64,000 bases of DNA from Dicyema japonicum (taxonomy: Eukaryota; Animalia; Dicyemida), in assembly GCA_011109175.1 (NCBI GenBank), contig RDEW01000021.1, positions 617,313 to 681,312 on the forward strand, read 5' to 3'. A program made the position numbers and the translations under genes. Of this stretch, positions 13,560 to 26,094 are shown piece by piece. How positions within the stretch are numbered: position 1 is the stretch's first letter; each line of letters begins with the position of its first letter. The notes beneath the pieces are model-generated. The model did not search any database. It was not told where the DNA came from and saw only the letters and a program-made list of their open reading frames with translations.

Positions 13560-13740
13560 GTCCTTTTTGGCTGGTAACGTCAGATGAAATCGGATCTGAC
13601 AGTCGTGGATTCTAATCCGAAAGATGGACTATTCAGCGAAGGTCAATTTTTGTCAACGTAGTCTTACTCGTGAGGTGACAAGTCTTTCTGACACGATACA
13701 GTAGTCAAAAGGGATCTTTCTACCTTCATCCCTGACCAAT
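13560..13740 (+). mobile_element. tRNA-derived SINE-like repeat, second copy at 57695-57870
   Basis: TCAGAT..ATCTGA stem plus a T-arm-like segment (GTGAGTTCGAAC in the 57.7 kb copy); about 170 nt colinear between copies, ending ..AAAAGGGATCTT.CTACCTT. Confidence 0.6.
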
Positions 13741-14179
13741 TCGAATGATAAGGATTACCAATATGAAAACTCATCCTCATAATAATGAAGTGATGTCAGC
13801 GACTGTCAGAGGTTTGGCGAAAATGGAAAAGGGTGGACCTACTTCTCCATTTACCTTCGGAAAAAAGTCTGTAATGGACTATTGGAGGATGGATTTGTCC
13901 TTCATAAGCAGACGTTTTCCGTGGGTTCCGTCCTTAATTAGTTATGAATAAGAAAATTTTGCCATAAAATTCCTTTTTCAAGAAGAGTTATTTTTTATTA
14001 ATGCATGAAGTTATATAAAAATATTTTTAAAATGTGTTGTCATGTATGGTTCCATATGTAGGAAAATAAATCTCTGTGGAAATATTCTGTCACAAGGCGG
14101 CGAAATGGAAAGAAGTAGATATCTTCATAACTCTGACTATTGTTTAAACTGAGGTTCCGTGAATGGGTTTCTTTTGATG

Positions 14180-16150
14180 GTCTATATTTGAAATCTTCGG
14201 GAGAATGCATCAGAGAGATTTATGAATTCTTTAAAAATCTGATGGTCATTTAAAGATCTTAACTCCAAGAACAGTACTTTGGTTGTAGGGGCGACAACAA
14301 GAATGCCGAGTTTCTGGTAAGGGTCTGTACGTCGGAAGGGGTCAATCACTTCTATCTTTTTGGAAATTACAAGCTTGCCGTGTTCCTAATTTTCCCCGCT
14401 ATTACAGAACACGTGGATGTACTGAGTACTCTTCAAAATATTGGCAGCTACCTTATTCGCTTCTATTTTCCGTAAATTTGAAGATTGCTAGTGTTCCCGG
14501 AGTCTGGACCGTCTTGACGAATAGCACTTCTCCTCTTCAGCTTGACGTTATCCAGAAGTGAGCTTTCCTGATCGACTGATACACCTAAACAGCGGAGGAA
14601 ACGAACTCTTGGAATTCCTAGCGTGTAAGGCTGTGCATGATGGTTCCGTATACGGCTTATTCTCATATAGTTTGACTTCTTTGGTGAGAGCTCCATCTCT
14701 CTCCTTACATAGCAGTCTTTCATTGGATGATTTATGAGTCTCCTCTCGGAAAGAGTTGATTTCCTAGACATATCCATAATTAGGATATCATTCGCGTATA
14801 TCAACAGTTTCGAGTTCGGTAACAAAAGAGTTGAGAAGTCTGATAAGAAAATGTTGCATAACAGGGGGCTCAGGACAGAGCCCCGCGGAACGCCTCTCTT
14901 TAGTGAAACATCTCTGGATACATTTCCTCCAATGCGCACTTGAGAAGTCCGTCCCGTTAGAAAGTCCCCTAGCCATACTAATAGTTGTTTTGGAATATCT
15001 GCAGCCACAAGCCTTGTTAGAAGGGCTTCTTGCTACACACTATCGAAGGCCTTGGATAAATCCAGCATAAAATGTTTAGTTGTCTCTTGAATGTCGCTCC
15101 TTTTAGTACGTTCACATATAATAAGACTTCCCGGGCCTGAAGCCCCATTGTTTCGCGAGGAGGAAATCGCTCCTTTCTATATGCCGACACAGCCTCTCAA
15201 AGACAATTCGCTCATAATCTCGGATATCGAGCATATGAGACTGATCTGTCTATAGTTGAAAGGGTTCCTCCCCAACTTTCCTGGTTTTATAATCATTTTG
15301 ACTAAAGAGTTTTTCCATCATTTTGGGACATATCCATACTTTATACTTGCGTTGAGCAGACTTTTCAGAGCGAGCAGTAAGGCCTCAGTCCTTCTTTGAA
15401 CAATTTCATGTTAGCGTGGTCGAAGGCCGGAGCAATGGCTTGCTGTCATGACCTCCTCGAGGGTGATTTTCTTCTCAACATCCTTGAGGTCGTTTAGTGA
15501 GTAGTTGCAGAGTTCCAGTGACGCATCCATCTGTTCACATGGATCAATAACAATGGGTTGATCCCCTGGATTTTGTCCAATTGGCTTTTGAAGATTGCCG
15601 GGGCTTCTTCCACAGAGTGCGAACCCCCATCTGGGTCGCTGAACGGGTGATTGTCCGGTCCAAAGGGGCAAGCATCATTCACGACTCTATATAGGCCATC
15701 TTGTCAGAGTTGCTTTAGAATCCGAGACGGAAGGTGCCTGAGCCTCTGTGGCTCATCCACATAGATCCTGATTGGTCGTGAGGGTACAATACGTTAGCGA
15801 TCTGGTTGTCTGAGTACGTCCTAGAGGTGTGGGTACGTCCTTCACTAACAGGTTCAGCTTTCTTGGCTATGGGTTCTGGTTCTAGAGTGGTCATCGTTGT
15901 AGGCACCCCGTTTGCGGATCTAGATTCTTCAGCTTTGCATGGGGTCTTGTCTTCCTTCGTGAAGGATTTAACAATTGTAGTTTCTGGAAGGCAAGAAGAG
16001 TTGACATGGTTTGTTGCTCTTGTATTTGTCTTAAGTAAATTCGACTTAATCGACAATTCCACATCCTCGGTTGTAATGTCGTGTCCCGTATTTAGTCGTT
16101 TTTTTACGTTGAAAGTTTCAAATTTAAACAGGAGGAATTGGTAGGGTTAT
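14180..16150 (-). mobile_element. Degenerate LINE RT region
   Basis: WLGDFLTGRTSQV, GVPRGSVLSPLLCNIF, IYANDI, RCLGV; upstream NPFNYRQISLI and QWGFR. Confidence 0.85.
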
Positions 16151-17649
16151 GAATGGTCGGACACGGCATACCGACTTGCCGTCCACGGCATAATAGGATT
16201 CCATCCCCAGTTAGCAGGGGCTGGTGGGTCGAGTCTCAACATATATCTGAACAGCATGCTTCAGTGGCTCCAAACTGTTGAATACGTTGTCTTGACTGTC
16301 ATCCAGTAGTGTGCTATGTTGAGCAAGTTTTCAATGCCAACTTATCAAAAGAGATGAGATCTACTTCGTCAGCATCCATAACTTCAGTTATCAAATCAAC
16401 CTTGACTAGTTTCATTAGAATGTCCCTAAAAAATGGACAATAAACAGCACAGGGGATATTGAGTTGACTGAAGTGTTCCGGTAGTTGTTTTGTAGGACTT
16501 TGATTACGTAGATCCTAATTTCACAGCCAATTTGGTGTTAACAACCAGCATCCTAACATAGTCGTCGTCCATAATAGTCTTGAAAATTTCCATTAGTTTT
16601 TATCTTCGGATCGTATCAAATGCGTGACTCAGATCAATGCCAAAAATAATGGTCGCCATTTTCGCAGTTGATCTTCTTACCTGAATCCGATTTGAGTTTC
16701 CGACGGGTTATCGACCGGAGCTTTAATACAATCTAAAGGACAACATAAAAAAGATTCCCTTAAAGAATTCAAGACTATGGCTAAACGAATACTGTTAAGG
16801 GGACCGTGAGTGTTTCTCAACGGAGTCCGCAGAAAAATTCAAGGGCTACGCAAGAATTTTAAATTTAAAAATCAATCAAATTATATTTATAAAAATTTGA
16901 TTAATCTTTGCATAAAAATTTTATAATTTTATTAAATCTGGATTCGTGGATAAGTGCCACGTCTCGCATCCATAATAATGAGTCATCGAAATTAATGAGA
17001 TTCTGTTGAATTTGTAATAAAATATATTCTCTCCATGGAAAAAATTCTCATTTGAGCCGATTTCGCATATAACTTTAAATATATTCCTCTCTCGAATGAT
17101 ACATCGAACATCAATTTACCATTTGTTTTCATACGTAAGTTTGTCGAAAATGTCAATAGATGATTTTCTTTTTTGTCCTGAACTTTCTTTAGTAGTCAAG
17201 AATTTGGTTCTGAACACTATTTCACACAGAAGTGATACAATTATATAATGAACGAGCTCTACAAGAGTTGTCGAGCTGAGACTATTATCAATTTGCCCAA
17301 ACATTAACCGAATTGTTCGAATTCTCCAAATTTAAACCCAAGTTTGTTTACCTTGCTGATATTTCCAGTACAGTAAACCATATATTTTTGTTCTAGTGGT
17401 GGTGTGTATGTCTGTTTCCACCAGTTTGCAAACAAATCCTTAGGGCCCTCTTACTACCACACGATCTCCTGTGGGAAATGTTCATGCTCATCTGCTGTCC
17501 CTCAAACATTAATCACTGAGATTCTATCAGGTGACACGATCAAGTGGATCTCAATGGTTGTCAGCTCTGCGAAAAGGAGATTCGGGAGTATCCCTCGGGG
17601 TGGATAAAGTTTCATCGTCCAGCAATTCAATGCTCGTTTCTCCACCCAT

Positions 17650-18270
17650 AAAAGTGTACTCGAAAGCTATTGAATTTAAAGCCTAATAAAAAGAATCGCG
17701 TGGACCAGAAAAGTTGAGATGCTTTAATCGGATCATGATTCTCAGAGAACAACTTTCATAAAGAATATAATGCAAAGAAGAATTTTATGTTCAAATTGAG
17801 AGTTAAATCAGTTCCCCGAGAGGGAAGGAAACCTACACAGAAGATTCCATATAAGTTGCTTAAAAAGGATGTTCTTATTACATTAAATGCTGTGATATCA
17901 AATTATGTGTATTATCTCCGCCAACGGACATGAATGAGATAACTGACATTATTTATGCTGCACAATGCGCATATGAGAATTTGACAAAGAAGCAATCGGT
18001 AAAAAGCTTTTGGATGTAAAAAGCTTTTGAAAAGAAAATTGGAGAAGAGAATTGCCAAATTCAAAGAAATTGTGCCTCAGTCTATGAATTTACTGGGAAG
18101 CAGTCAAAGTAAAAAATGAGAAAACGCTTGATGTTTTATGCTGGTTTGGATACAAGAAATCAAAGAAGGGAGAACTGAAAAGGATCTTTACCCTAATTAA
18201 AGACAAAATCAAGATCACGGAGAAAAAAAGTCTCAATTCATGAATCAAGAATATCTCTTAGACGAGACGA
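17650..18270 (+). mobile_element. N-terminal part of an RLE-type (R4/Dong-like) non-LTR element
   Basis: DMNEITDIIYAAQCAY matches DLNEVTDIIYAGQRAY of the related element at 36.7 kb. Confidence 0.6.
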
Positions 18271-18289
18271 CCTGAAAATAATTGCCACA

Positions 18290-21200
18290 TATTATTATTT
18301 AAGCACTTCACAAGAGCCATATTAATTAGCAAAAGAAACAATGATAGATTTCATCCTTTTCCATGCTCCCCTGTTCCTAGCCAAGGCTCTCATATTGACC
18401 AGGTCGTCGGCATTTTTCAAATTTCTTTTAATATTGACCAGGTATTTTGTAAGACTATTGGCAGTGTTGTTCTAAGTTTTCCACGATAGCGGCCTTCTTG
18501 GAAAACATAGTATGTTTCAATAGATATGTTCGGTGGGAATGTTAATTTTATTCTCAGAACGTGTCCGAAGAGCTTCCATCGGGATTCCAGTACTTCTAAA
18601 CTGATGGGATTAGTGCTGCATCTCTTATATAAAGCATTTCTCGATATTCTCGTAGGACAAGTAGTTCCTGTTATTTTTCTCAGCTGACCTCTGTGGAACG
18701 AGTCTAGTCTTTCCATATTCGGGATTCCAGTACTTCTAAACTGATGGGATTAGTGCTGCATCTCTTATATAAAGCATTTCTCGATATTCTCGTAGGACAA
18801 GTAGTTCCTGTTATTTTTCTCAGCTGATCTCTGTGGAACGAGTCTAGTCTTTCCATATCCGCTGATGGGGTCGTCCAAGTTCCAGGGTTATATAAAAGTA
18901 CGGGTTTTATGAATGAGTCGTATAATAGGATTCTCATTTTCGTATCGATACCTCTTTAATTGAGCCATAGATTCTTCAGTTTATTTAACGCAGCATTGGC
19001 TAGAGTTTTCCTACGTAAAATATCTTCGCTATCTCCCATAAGTGAACCGAGTTTCTTTACTTGTCGCCACTTCTCTTCTAGGACGTTACTCATCCTTCTT
19101 ATTTCTGTGAATTCTGTTTTCTCTGTTCACAGTAAGAAACCATTTCCCTAGTACATCTGGTGATTTTTCTAATAGGTTTTCCAGGACCTCTTTGTCTTCA
19201 GAAATTAGGTCTACATTGTCCGCGTAGATTACTTCTTCCGTCTTTCCTTGGTATAACGGTCTAAGTTTTATCATAGCGGCTTCCAAATAAATTGTGAATA
19301 GTAGAGGAGAAAGGGAGTCTCTTTGTGGAGTGCCCGTGTTTGTTTCAAATTTTTTTGAATAGGTATTTCCGACTCTCACAAGGAGCTCAGTGGTGGAAAG
19401 TAGAATTCGGGTCATCCTTAGACTCGATTCATCAAGAAATCCGCTCAGTACCCCCATTAATTTGTTCCCGTTAACCGTATCAAAAGCTCTTGATAGGTCA
19501 ATTTTCAGAATATTGGTGGCGTTACAGTATCTTTGATATGTTGCACACCTCCATCTGTGACTCTAGACCGCATCAGCTGTGGATCTCCCTTCTCGAAAAC
19601 CACTTTGACTATCTGGTAGGTATTTGTAAGCAGATCCTTTTATTCGTTCAAGCACAATGTTTGCCAAGACTTTGCGTAATGAATTTAGTAGTATGATGGG
19701 TCGCAAATTTTCGAGCGGTCCTCTGTTTTTGTTAGTTTTTTGTATGGGGATTAGTAGTCCCGTACCCAGAGGTAGAGTTGAGTTAGTTGAAAACATTTCA
19801 TTTAGTAGTGTAGCGATTTTTTCAAAAAGGAGGTCAGGGCCGTATTTCAGTAGTTCTGGGTTTATCGCATCTGGTCCGGGGCTTCTGTTATTCTTGAGTT
19901 TTCGGCAGGCCGTTTTGATTTCCTCGGCCGTGATTGGTATCTTAAGGGGTCTTGGCCTTCCATCAAATGGGTGGATTGCTATGGTTTTGATGTTGAAAAG
20001 CTTCTCAAAGTGGGCCGCGATGGCTTCAGTTTGTTCTTTGGTGTTCAGTATCAGCTTACCGTTCTCGTCTTTTATGGTTAGTCGACTTCGGTTCGTTCGC
20101 CGCAGCAAACGGGCAGCGACGTACACCTGTGCGTTGTCTTTCACTTTGTTTACTTCTTCTATACAGGAGGCTATTTCTTCTATGAAAAGCTTCTTGTTCA
20201 GACCCTTTATTTTTCTTCTGACACGTTGTCTTTCGCCTTGAAGGGCTTTTATCGCATTAGTGTCAGTGGCATTTGATTTTCTCATATTTATTTCTTTTAG
20301 ACTTTTCGCAAGCTCAGGAACATCTGGATGAATAGCCTTCAGGTGCATTTTACTATTCTCCCTTTTGCCAAGACATGCTTCAGCAGCTTCGTTGATGGTG
20401 TCCTTTGTGCGTTTCCAGGCGTCTTCTAGCGTGGTATCCACCAATACGTCCTGCAAATTAGTCTGAATGTATTGTTGATATCTCTCAGTAGTCTCCGGTT
20501 GAGAAATCAGCCTTTCAGTCGCGTAGTCGCCTCTGATTTTCTCAAATTCGTGATTTTTGGCATTCTTGTATTTGATGGCATGTTTTTTCAGGGTGAAGGT
20601 CGCAATAACCATCTTGTGGTCGCTGACAGTCGTCGAGCCTTCATATGAACGTGCGTTTACTAGAAGGTGTTTGTCTTTAGCCCGGCATATGACATAATCT
20701 ATTTGGTTGTATATTGGGACCAGCTTTCCCTCTGAGTTCCTTCGCTTCCCCATCCACGTAGTTTTGTGGCAGGCAGGATGCGTAAATGCAGTATTGCATA
20801 GAAAAAGGTTGTTTGCCATACAAAAGTGACCAAGTATTGTCCCGGGTAGGTTTCTTATTTCACGTCCATGTTCTTCCAAGAAAACATCATCCGGGTTATT
20901 TTTCATCACGAATTTCGCATTCAAATCCCCAGCAATGAGTATTAGTGATGAAAACTCATATTCGTTGTTTGTCCGTAACAGTGCTGAATAGAAGTCATCT
21001 AGTTCTGTCGGATCTTTCGCTACTCTCCTGCAGTGTGGCGCATAAACATTTGTAATTGTTAGAGAGCTCTTCGAAGGAGGTAAATCGTTTAGACGGATTT
21101 TTATAACACAGATCCTGTCATTCACACTCCATATACGGTGGACTGCACTTGTCAACTTTGAGTGGATGGCAAATCCAAGTCCATAATGTTTTGAGTCGCT

Positions 21201-21455
21201 CGGTAGACATATTATTCGACATTCGCCATAGTTCTCATCAAGACTACAAGTAACTTTCGTCTCTTATAGGCACCCAATAGATACGTCGTATCTCTCCAGG
21301 TCGTCACAGAGAATCTTCTCCGACCAGGTCGTAGATAAGCCTCTAGCATTGAACGTAAGGAGCTTTACACGAGATGCATCCTTTTGTACCCCTTGTTTTT
21401 TATACATTTTTCTCAATTGTGATCCAATTAAAAAACAAAGCATGTCACCACCTCA
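18290..21455 (-). mobile_element. Near full-length RTE-like LINE (APE + RT), nested in the RLE-type element
   Basis: LLTFNARGL, YAPH, GDLNAK, QIDYV, SDHKMV, SPGPDAI, LRPIILLN, QSGFR, GTPQRDSLSPLLF, YADNV and LFGHVLR; 530-aa ORF intact; TAA-type tail near 18290. Confidence 0.92.
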
Positions 21456-21459
21456 CCAA

Positions 21460-22940
21460 AAAATTGCCGAAAATGAAGATATTATTCTAAAAATGATGGA
21501 GGATATTGATGAATATCTGGGTGTTATTGGCCTTAAAAGAAACTGTGAAAAGTCTGCAACTAATCTGAAATGTGCCAAAGATACACGTTATTTGCATGGT
21601 TGTGAGGGATGTCGTATCTTGGAGTGTTAGAATATAAAGGGAGTAAGGTTATGAAAGACAAAGTTATGGAAAAAATTGCTGAAAATGTGAAGAGAAGGAT
21701 AGAGATGTTGTTGAATTCGAAATTAAACGCTGTAAACTTGTTTAAAGCGATAAATGAATACGCACTCGCTATATAATTATTACATTGGGCTTATCGACAT
21801 TGAACCACGTGAATTAGAAGCTATTGATTTAGAAATCCGGCATATACTCTCTAATTTACGAGTGCACCTAAAACCGGCTAACAAAGAAAGATTATATCTC
21901 AGCAGGAATAGTTTTGGAAGAGGATTAACCTCAATTTCTGATAAGAGTGAATGCATGTTATTTCAATTTGACCGACCTTGAAAGGAAATCTTCCATGTGT
22001 CTTTGAAGGGCAGGAATCTTGCGGGTCTTAAAACAAAGGAAAACACATATGACCACTATCGCAAGATTTATTGCACTCAAATACAATGTGGATGACCTAT
22101 CTAACATGAACACTGACATTATAAAGGAATATCAAAAGAATTATTTGGAGAAGAAATACGAATGTCGATATCAATGGATCAACAGAATGGCTTACTGGGG
22201 GAAACAATAGTCCAAGGTCGGAAGCAATGTGCTGCATGATACAGGATCGGAATCTGTTCTTTGAAGAGATGAAAGCAAATTGCAGTCATTTTGGTATGGC
22301 CAAAAAAAGTGTGGATCACCTGGCTACACCATGTACCTGGATGCTTAGCGGTGCGTATATGCGGCGACATAACGAAGTTGTAAGATGTATACACCTACAA
22401 CTATGTCGTCAATTTGGAATAAAAAGAACAAGAGGGTAAAGACGCATACAGTCCAATCGATTGTGTCAAACAGTAAAGTTGAAATACGAGTCGATGCAAC
22501 ACTACAAACGGATATACAAGTTAAAAATAACAAACCTGATATTTTCGTACACGATAAATCCAAAAACGAAATAATACTAATAGAAGTAGGGATCACTTCC
22601 CAAGATTTGCTAAAACATGTTGAAGTGGAAAAACTCCACAAATACGACCTTCTGGCAGGAGAACTAGCACAATTTCACAAGGCCAATGTGACAATAATTC
22701 CGATTGTTTTGACATGGGATGGAGTAGTAACAAAGTACTCAAGTCCTATATAGAAAGACTCAACGTGGATGTCTCTAAAAGGCGTACATCCAATTAATGA
22801 CGACTAAAAAACTTTAGAGAGCATGATAGTCGAGCATAGACATGGGCTGAAAGTTGATAACTATGATGATGAGGTTACAAGAGTGACAAATCATCTTGTC
22901 TCAAGAGGCTCTGAACTCGAGGTGACGGCGAAAAGGAACC
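21460..22940 (+). mobile_element. C-terminal part of an RLE-type (R4/Dong-like) non-LTR retrotransposon
   Basis: ERLYLSRNSFGRGL, zinc-knuckle remnant SVDHLATPC, RRHNEVV and PD..D..EV restriction-like endonuclease (KPDIFVHD..LIEVGIT..EK..KY). Confidence 0.9.
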
Positions 22941-23149
22941 AAGAGAAACAGCTATCTTGTCTAGTGATTTGCTTTCTCAATTGGTATACGAGGGGAACAG
23001 TGAGGGTGATACAAAGGAAGAATTCAGCTTGCATATTATTTTTAATTAAAATTGATTTTCTTTAATTTTAAATCTTAGTCATTGCTAAGTAGATTAGTAA
23101 CATAATTAAAATTATTTTTTATTTTTTTAATAAAAGTTGTTTTATTTAA

Positions 23150-23293
23150 CAAAGAAACAAATGTTAGTTGAGGAAGCCGGCTGCGTGGATCGCGAACGAG
23201 TTCCCTTGGAGTATGACCATTCCAATCTTTTGTTTCAGCCATAACCCTTCTCGTTGATCCCTTTTCTTTCTGGCAAGCATTCCCCTGAGTCAA
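23150..23293 (-). mobile_element. CRE-like non-LTR element 3' fragment (copy at 47160-47300)
   Basis: Alternative frame REGLWLKQKIGMVILQGNSFAI resembles the WL.QRI...IQRGNA terminus; closely related second copy. Confidence 0.6.
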
Positions 23294-24289
23294 ATTATTA
23301 TAAAAGTCTCCTCAATACTCGTTAATGAAAAGCTTGTCGCATTATGTTTTGTGGAAAAAGCATTCGAGTTGCGATCGATCAGCATGTTGAAAAATTAAGT
23401 ACAACGTCCCATACTTATTTTTTAACTAATCCATTTCACGATCATCCGATAAATCATTTTAACTACGGTTGTTGGAACTGATAATCTCAAAATTGATGAA
23501 TCCTTGATTGAACTTAAAAGTTCACAGAAAGGGGTCATGTAATTTTAAAACAGACAATTGGAAGAATTTTGGGGTCATTTAAGGAGCATCTTTCCATCTC
23601 TAAGCTGTATTTGGCTAAAAGTTACTAACACTCAAGACAACGTATTTATGTGAAGATGCAATGTCACATCTCTATCGAAGTGGTTAATGGGCTATCTGAG
23701 TTGGGCCTACAATTGTGTTAGTTTTCTGTTGTAATCGACGGAGTAATCTAATAGACATGTACACTCGTGCCCCCACTTTGGATATTCTAGAGTATAGTAA
23801 GGCTTTCACGTATTGGAAATTTTCTTTCTTGATTGTCCTCGAAATTTAATTTCTCGTTAATTACCTGGCCGTTGGTATTCTCGATTCTTAGTTGAGAGAT
23901 TAATTGCTTATTCGCCGTTTTGGCAACGTCGGGACTTAGTAGGCTGAGGTCGGTTTTATGCTGATAATATTTTTAAGGTATTCCATTTTGTTTGAGTTTT
24001 GAGGTGCCTCTACCTCTGGTAGGTTTTTGGTAGTATCAAAGGAATAAAACCTCTCGTAATCTCTCAGGTAATCAACTTTTCGTCTAAATATCTCATCTCA
24101 GGGTTAAATTCATTCTCTCTGGTGGACATTACTTATTTGAGCATTTTACGAAAGCCATGTAAAACCTCTCGTAATCTCTCAGGTAATCAACTTTTCGTCT
24201 AAATATCTCATCTCAGGGTTAAATTCATTCTTTCTGGTGGACATTACTTATTTGAGCATTTTACAAGAGCCATGCTACCTGTAGCCTCG

Positions 24290-24650
24290 CATGTAAAGCA
24301 AAAGAAACAATCTTGGATGTCATTTTTTTCCATGCTCCCCTGTTCCTAGCCAGGGATCTCATAGTGTTAAGGTCGTCAGCAGTTTTTAAATTTCTTTTAA
24401 TATTAGTCAGGTATTTTTGTAAAACTATTGGCAGTGTTGTTCTAGGTCTTCTTGACTAACATAGTATGTTTCCATAGATATGTTCGGTGGGAATGTTAAT
24501 TCCATCCTCAGCACGTGTCCGAAAAGCTTCTATCGGGATTCCAGTACTTCTAAGCTGATGGGACTAGTGCTTCATCTCTCATATAAAGCTTTTCTCGATA
24601 TTCTCGTAGGACAAGTAGTTCCTGTTATTTTTCTCAGTTGACCTCTGGTG
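24290..24650 (-). mobile_element. 5'-truncated RTE-like 3' fragment
   Basis: High nucleotide similarity to 18330-18690. Confidence 0.85.
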
Positions 24651-25042
24651 AACATATTCACAAAAATAATGAATAATCAAACACATCATGGTGCAATTAC
24701 ATATTATATATAAATTAATATTAAATAGTAAAGAAGATAAATAATTTAATAAAAATATTTAAATAAAAGCGTGGGATTGGTATTTGTTATGGTGGTCTCA
24801 AAAGTGTCTCTTAACCCACTGGTTCTTTGTATTATTGATAATTAATAGGTGGTTATGAAACTAATAAGGCANTTCCTGTTATTTTTCTCAGTTGACCTCT
24901 GGTGAACATATTCACAAAAATAATGAATAATCAAACACATCATGGTGAAATTACATATTATATATAAATTAATATTAAATAGTAAAGAATATAAATAATT
25001 TAATAAAAATATTTGAATAAAAGCGTGGGATTGGTATTTGTT

Positions 25043-25995
25043 ATGGTGGTCTCAAAAGTGTCTCTTAACCCACTGGTTCTTTGTATTATTGATAACTAAT
25101 AGGTGGTTATGAAACTAATAAGGCACGCTCAGTTTAATTCAAATGGGAGTGTTTTTTCATACGGTCTCCTCTTCGGAATAGTTACTGGAGACACCTGTGA
25201 GGTCACAAATTGTTTTCCAATGACTGAGGAGTCCACAAACCAACGAAAAGAAGGTTTAGTGAACACATACCTTTTTCAGATTACCAGCAGAACATAGCCC
25301 AGTTGATGAGACAAATGAATATGGATTTTTACAGAGCTGGGTGGTATCAAAACACATCAGGAAAATCTTTCTATGACATCGACACAGTCATAAACTGTTA
25401 TGAGTCACAAATAGTGGCTCCTGACTCAATAATGATCACTTTTGGTTTTTCAGTTCTCCATATGTAGATTTCCAGTCAATCTCCAACGGAGTCTTCGGTT
25501 TTCGTGCTTACCGTCTCACGGACGCAATGATGACTGTCGCTTCCAGTAACGATATGAGCACCCTGGCTAACATGACTGAGATGGAGGTCTTCCAGGAACT
25601 TAAGGTCGTGTATAAGACGGACAATCTTACCAAGATTTTGCTTCTTGAGTTACATGATATTATGAGTCCTTCCAAAGTTTTTTTTGACCTTCAAGTGGCC
25701 ACGGGGTACCACTTGGGATTATTCCTAGTTCTTTGTTGGAGGAGGTGGTTGAGAGGGTTCTCAATTCTGAGGCTCTGCAGAGTGATAATAACAGGTTTAG
25801 AAGACTAAAAAAGGTGGATTGTGTTATTATTGTGAGGATGAGTCACAGGCGAGTTATTCTTCAATTGGGGATTTAACAGAGTCCAAGCCTTTTCAGAAGT
25901 TGTTGAGTTCAGGACAGTGGAAGGATTTTTGTAACAGAATAAGTAGAATATCTAATCAGAATCTTCATAGATATAAAATTATTAACGCACTATAA
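25043..25995 (+). CDS. EIF3H: Eukaryotic translation initiation factor 3 subunit H, about 276 aa, 5 introns (27, 26, 23, 23, 23 nt)
   Basis: VVMKLIRH..GLLFG..EVTNCFP..AGWYQ..FRAYRLT MPN domain and C-terminal LLSSGQ..QNL helix; all GT-AG; spliced length divisible by 3. Confidence 0.9.
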
Positions 25996-26094
25996 TTCTC
26001 TGTTTTATATTTATCATTAAATTTATTATGGTGATGGGTTCTGATTTTGGTGGTTTAGTTTAAATAGCGTTGCTGTACATCTAAGATGTTTTAG

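Noticed and set aside
19657-20241. 194-aa plus-strand ORF
   Set aside because: Antisense shadow of the RTE ORF with no independent motifs.
24620-25105. Apparent tandem duplications flanking single n bases (also about 26303, 28858, 29432, 42066, 50091, 52732, 56745 and the 55.9-56.2 kb gap), including a duplicated eIF3h first exon and DYRK 3' end
   Set aside because: Near-identical overlaps on both sides of an n are typical unmerged contig or haplotype ends, so these are assembly artefacts.
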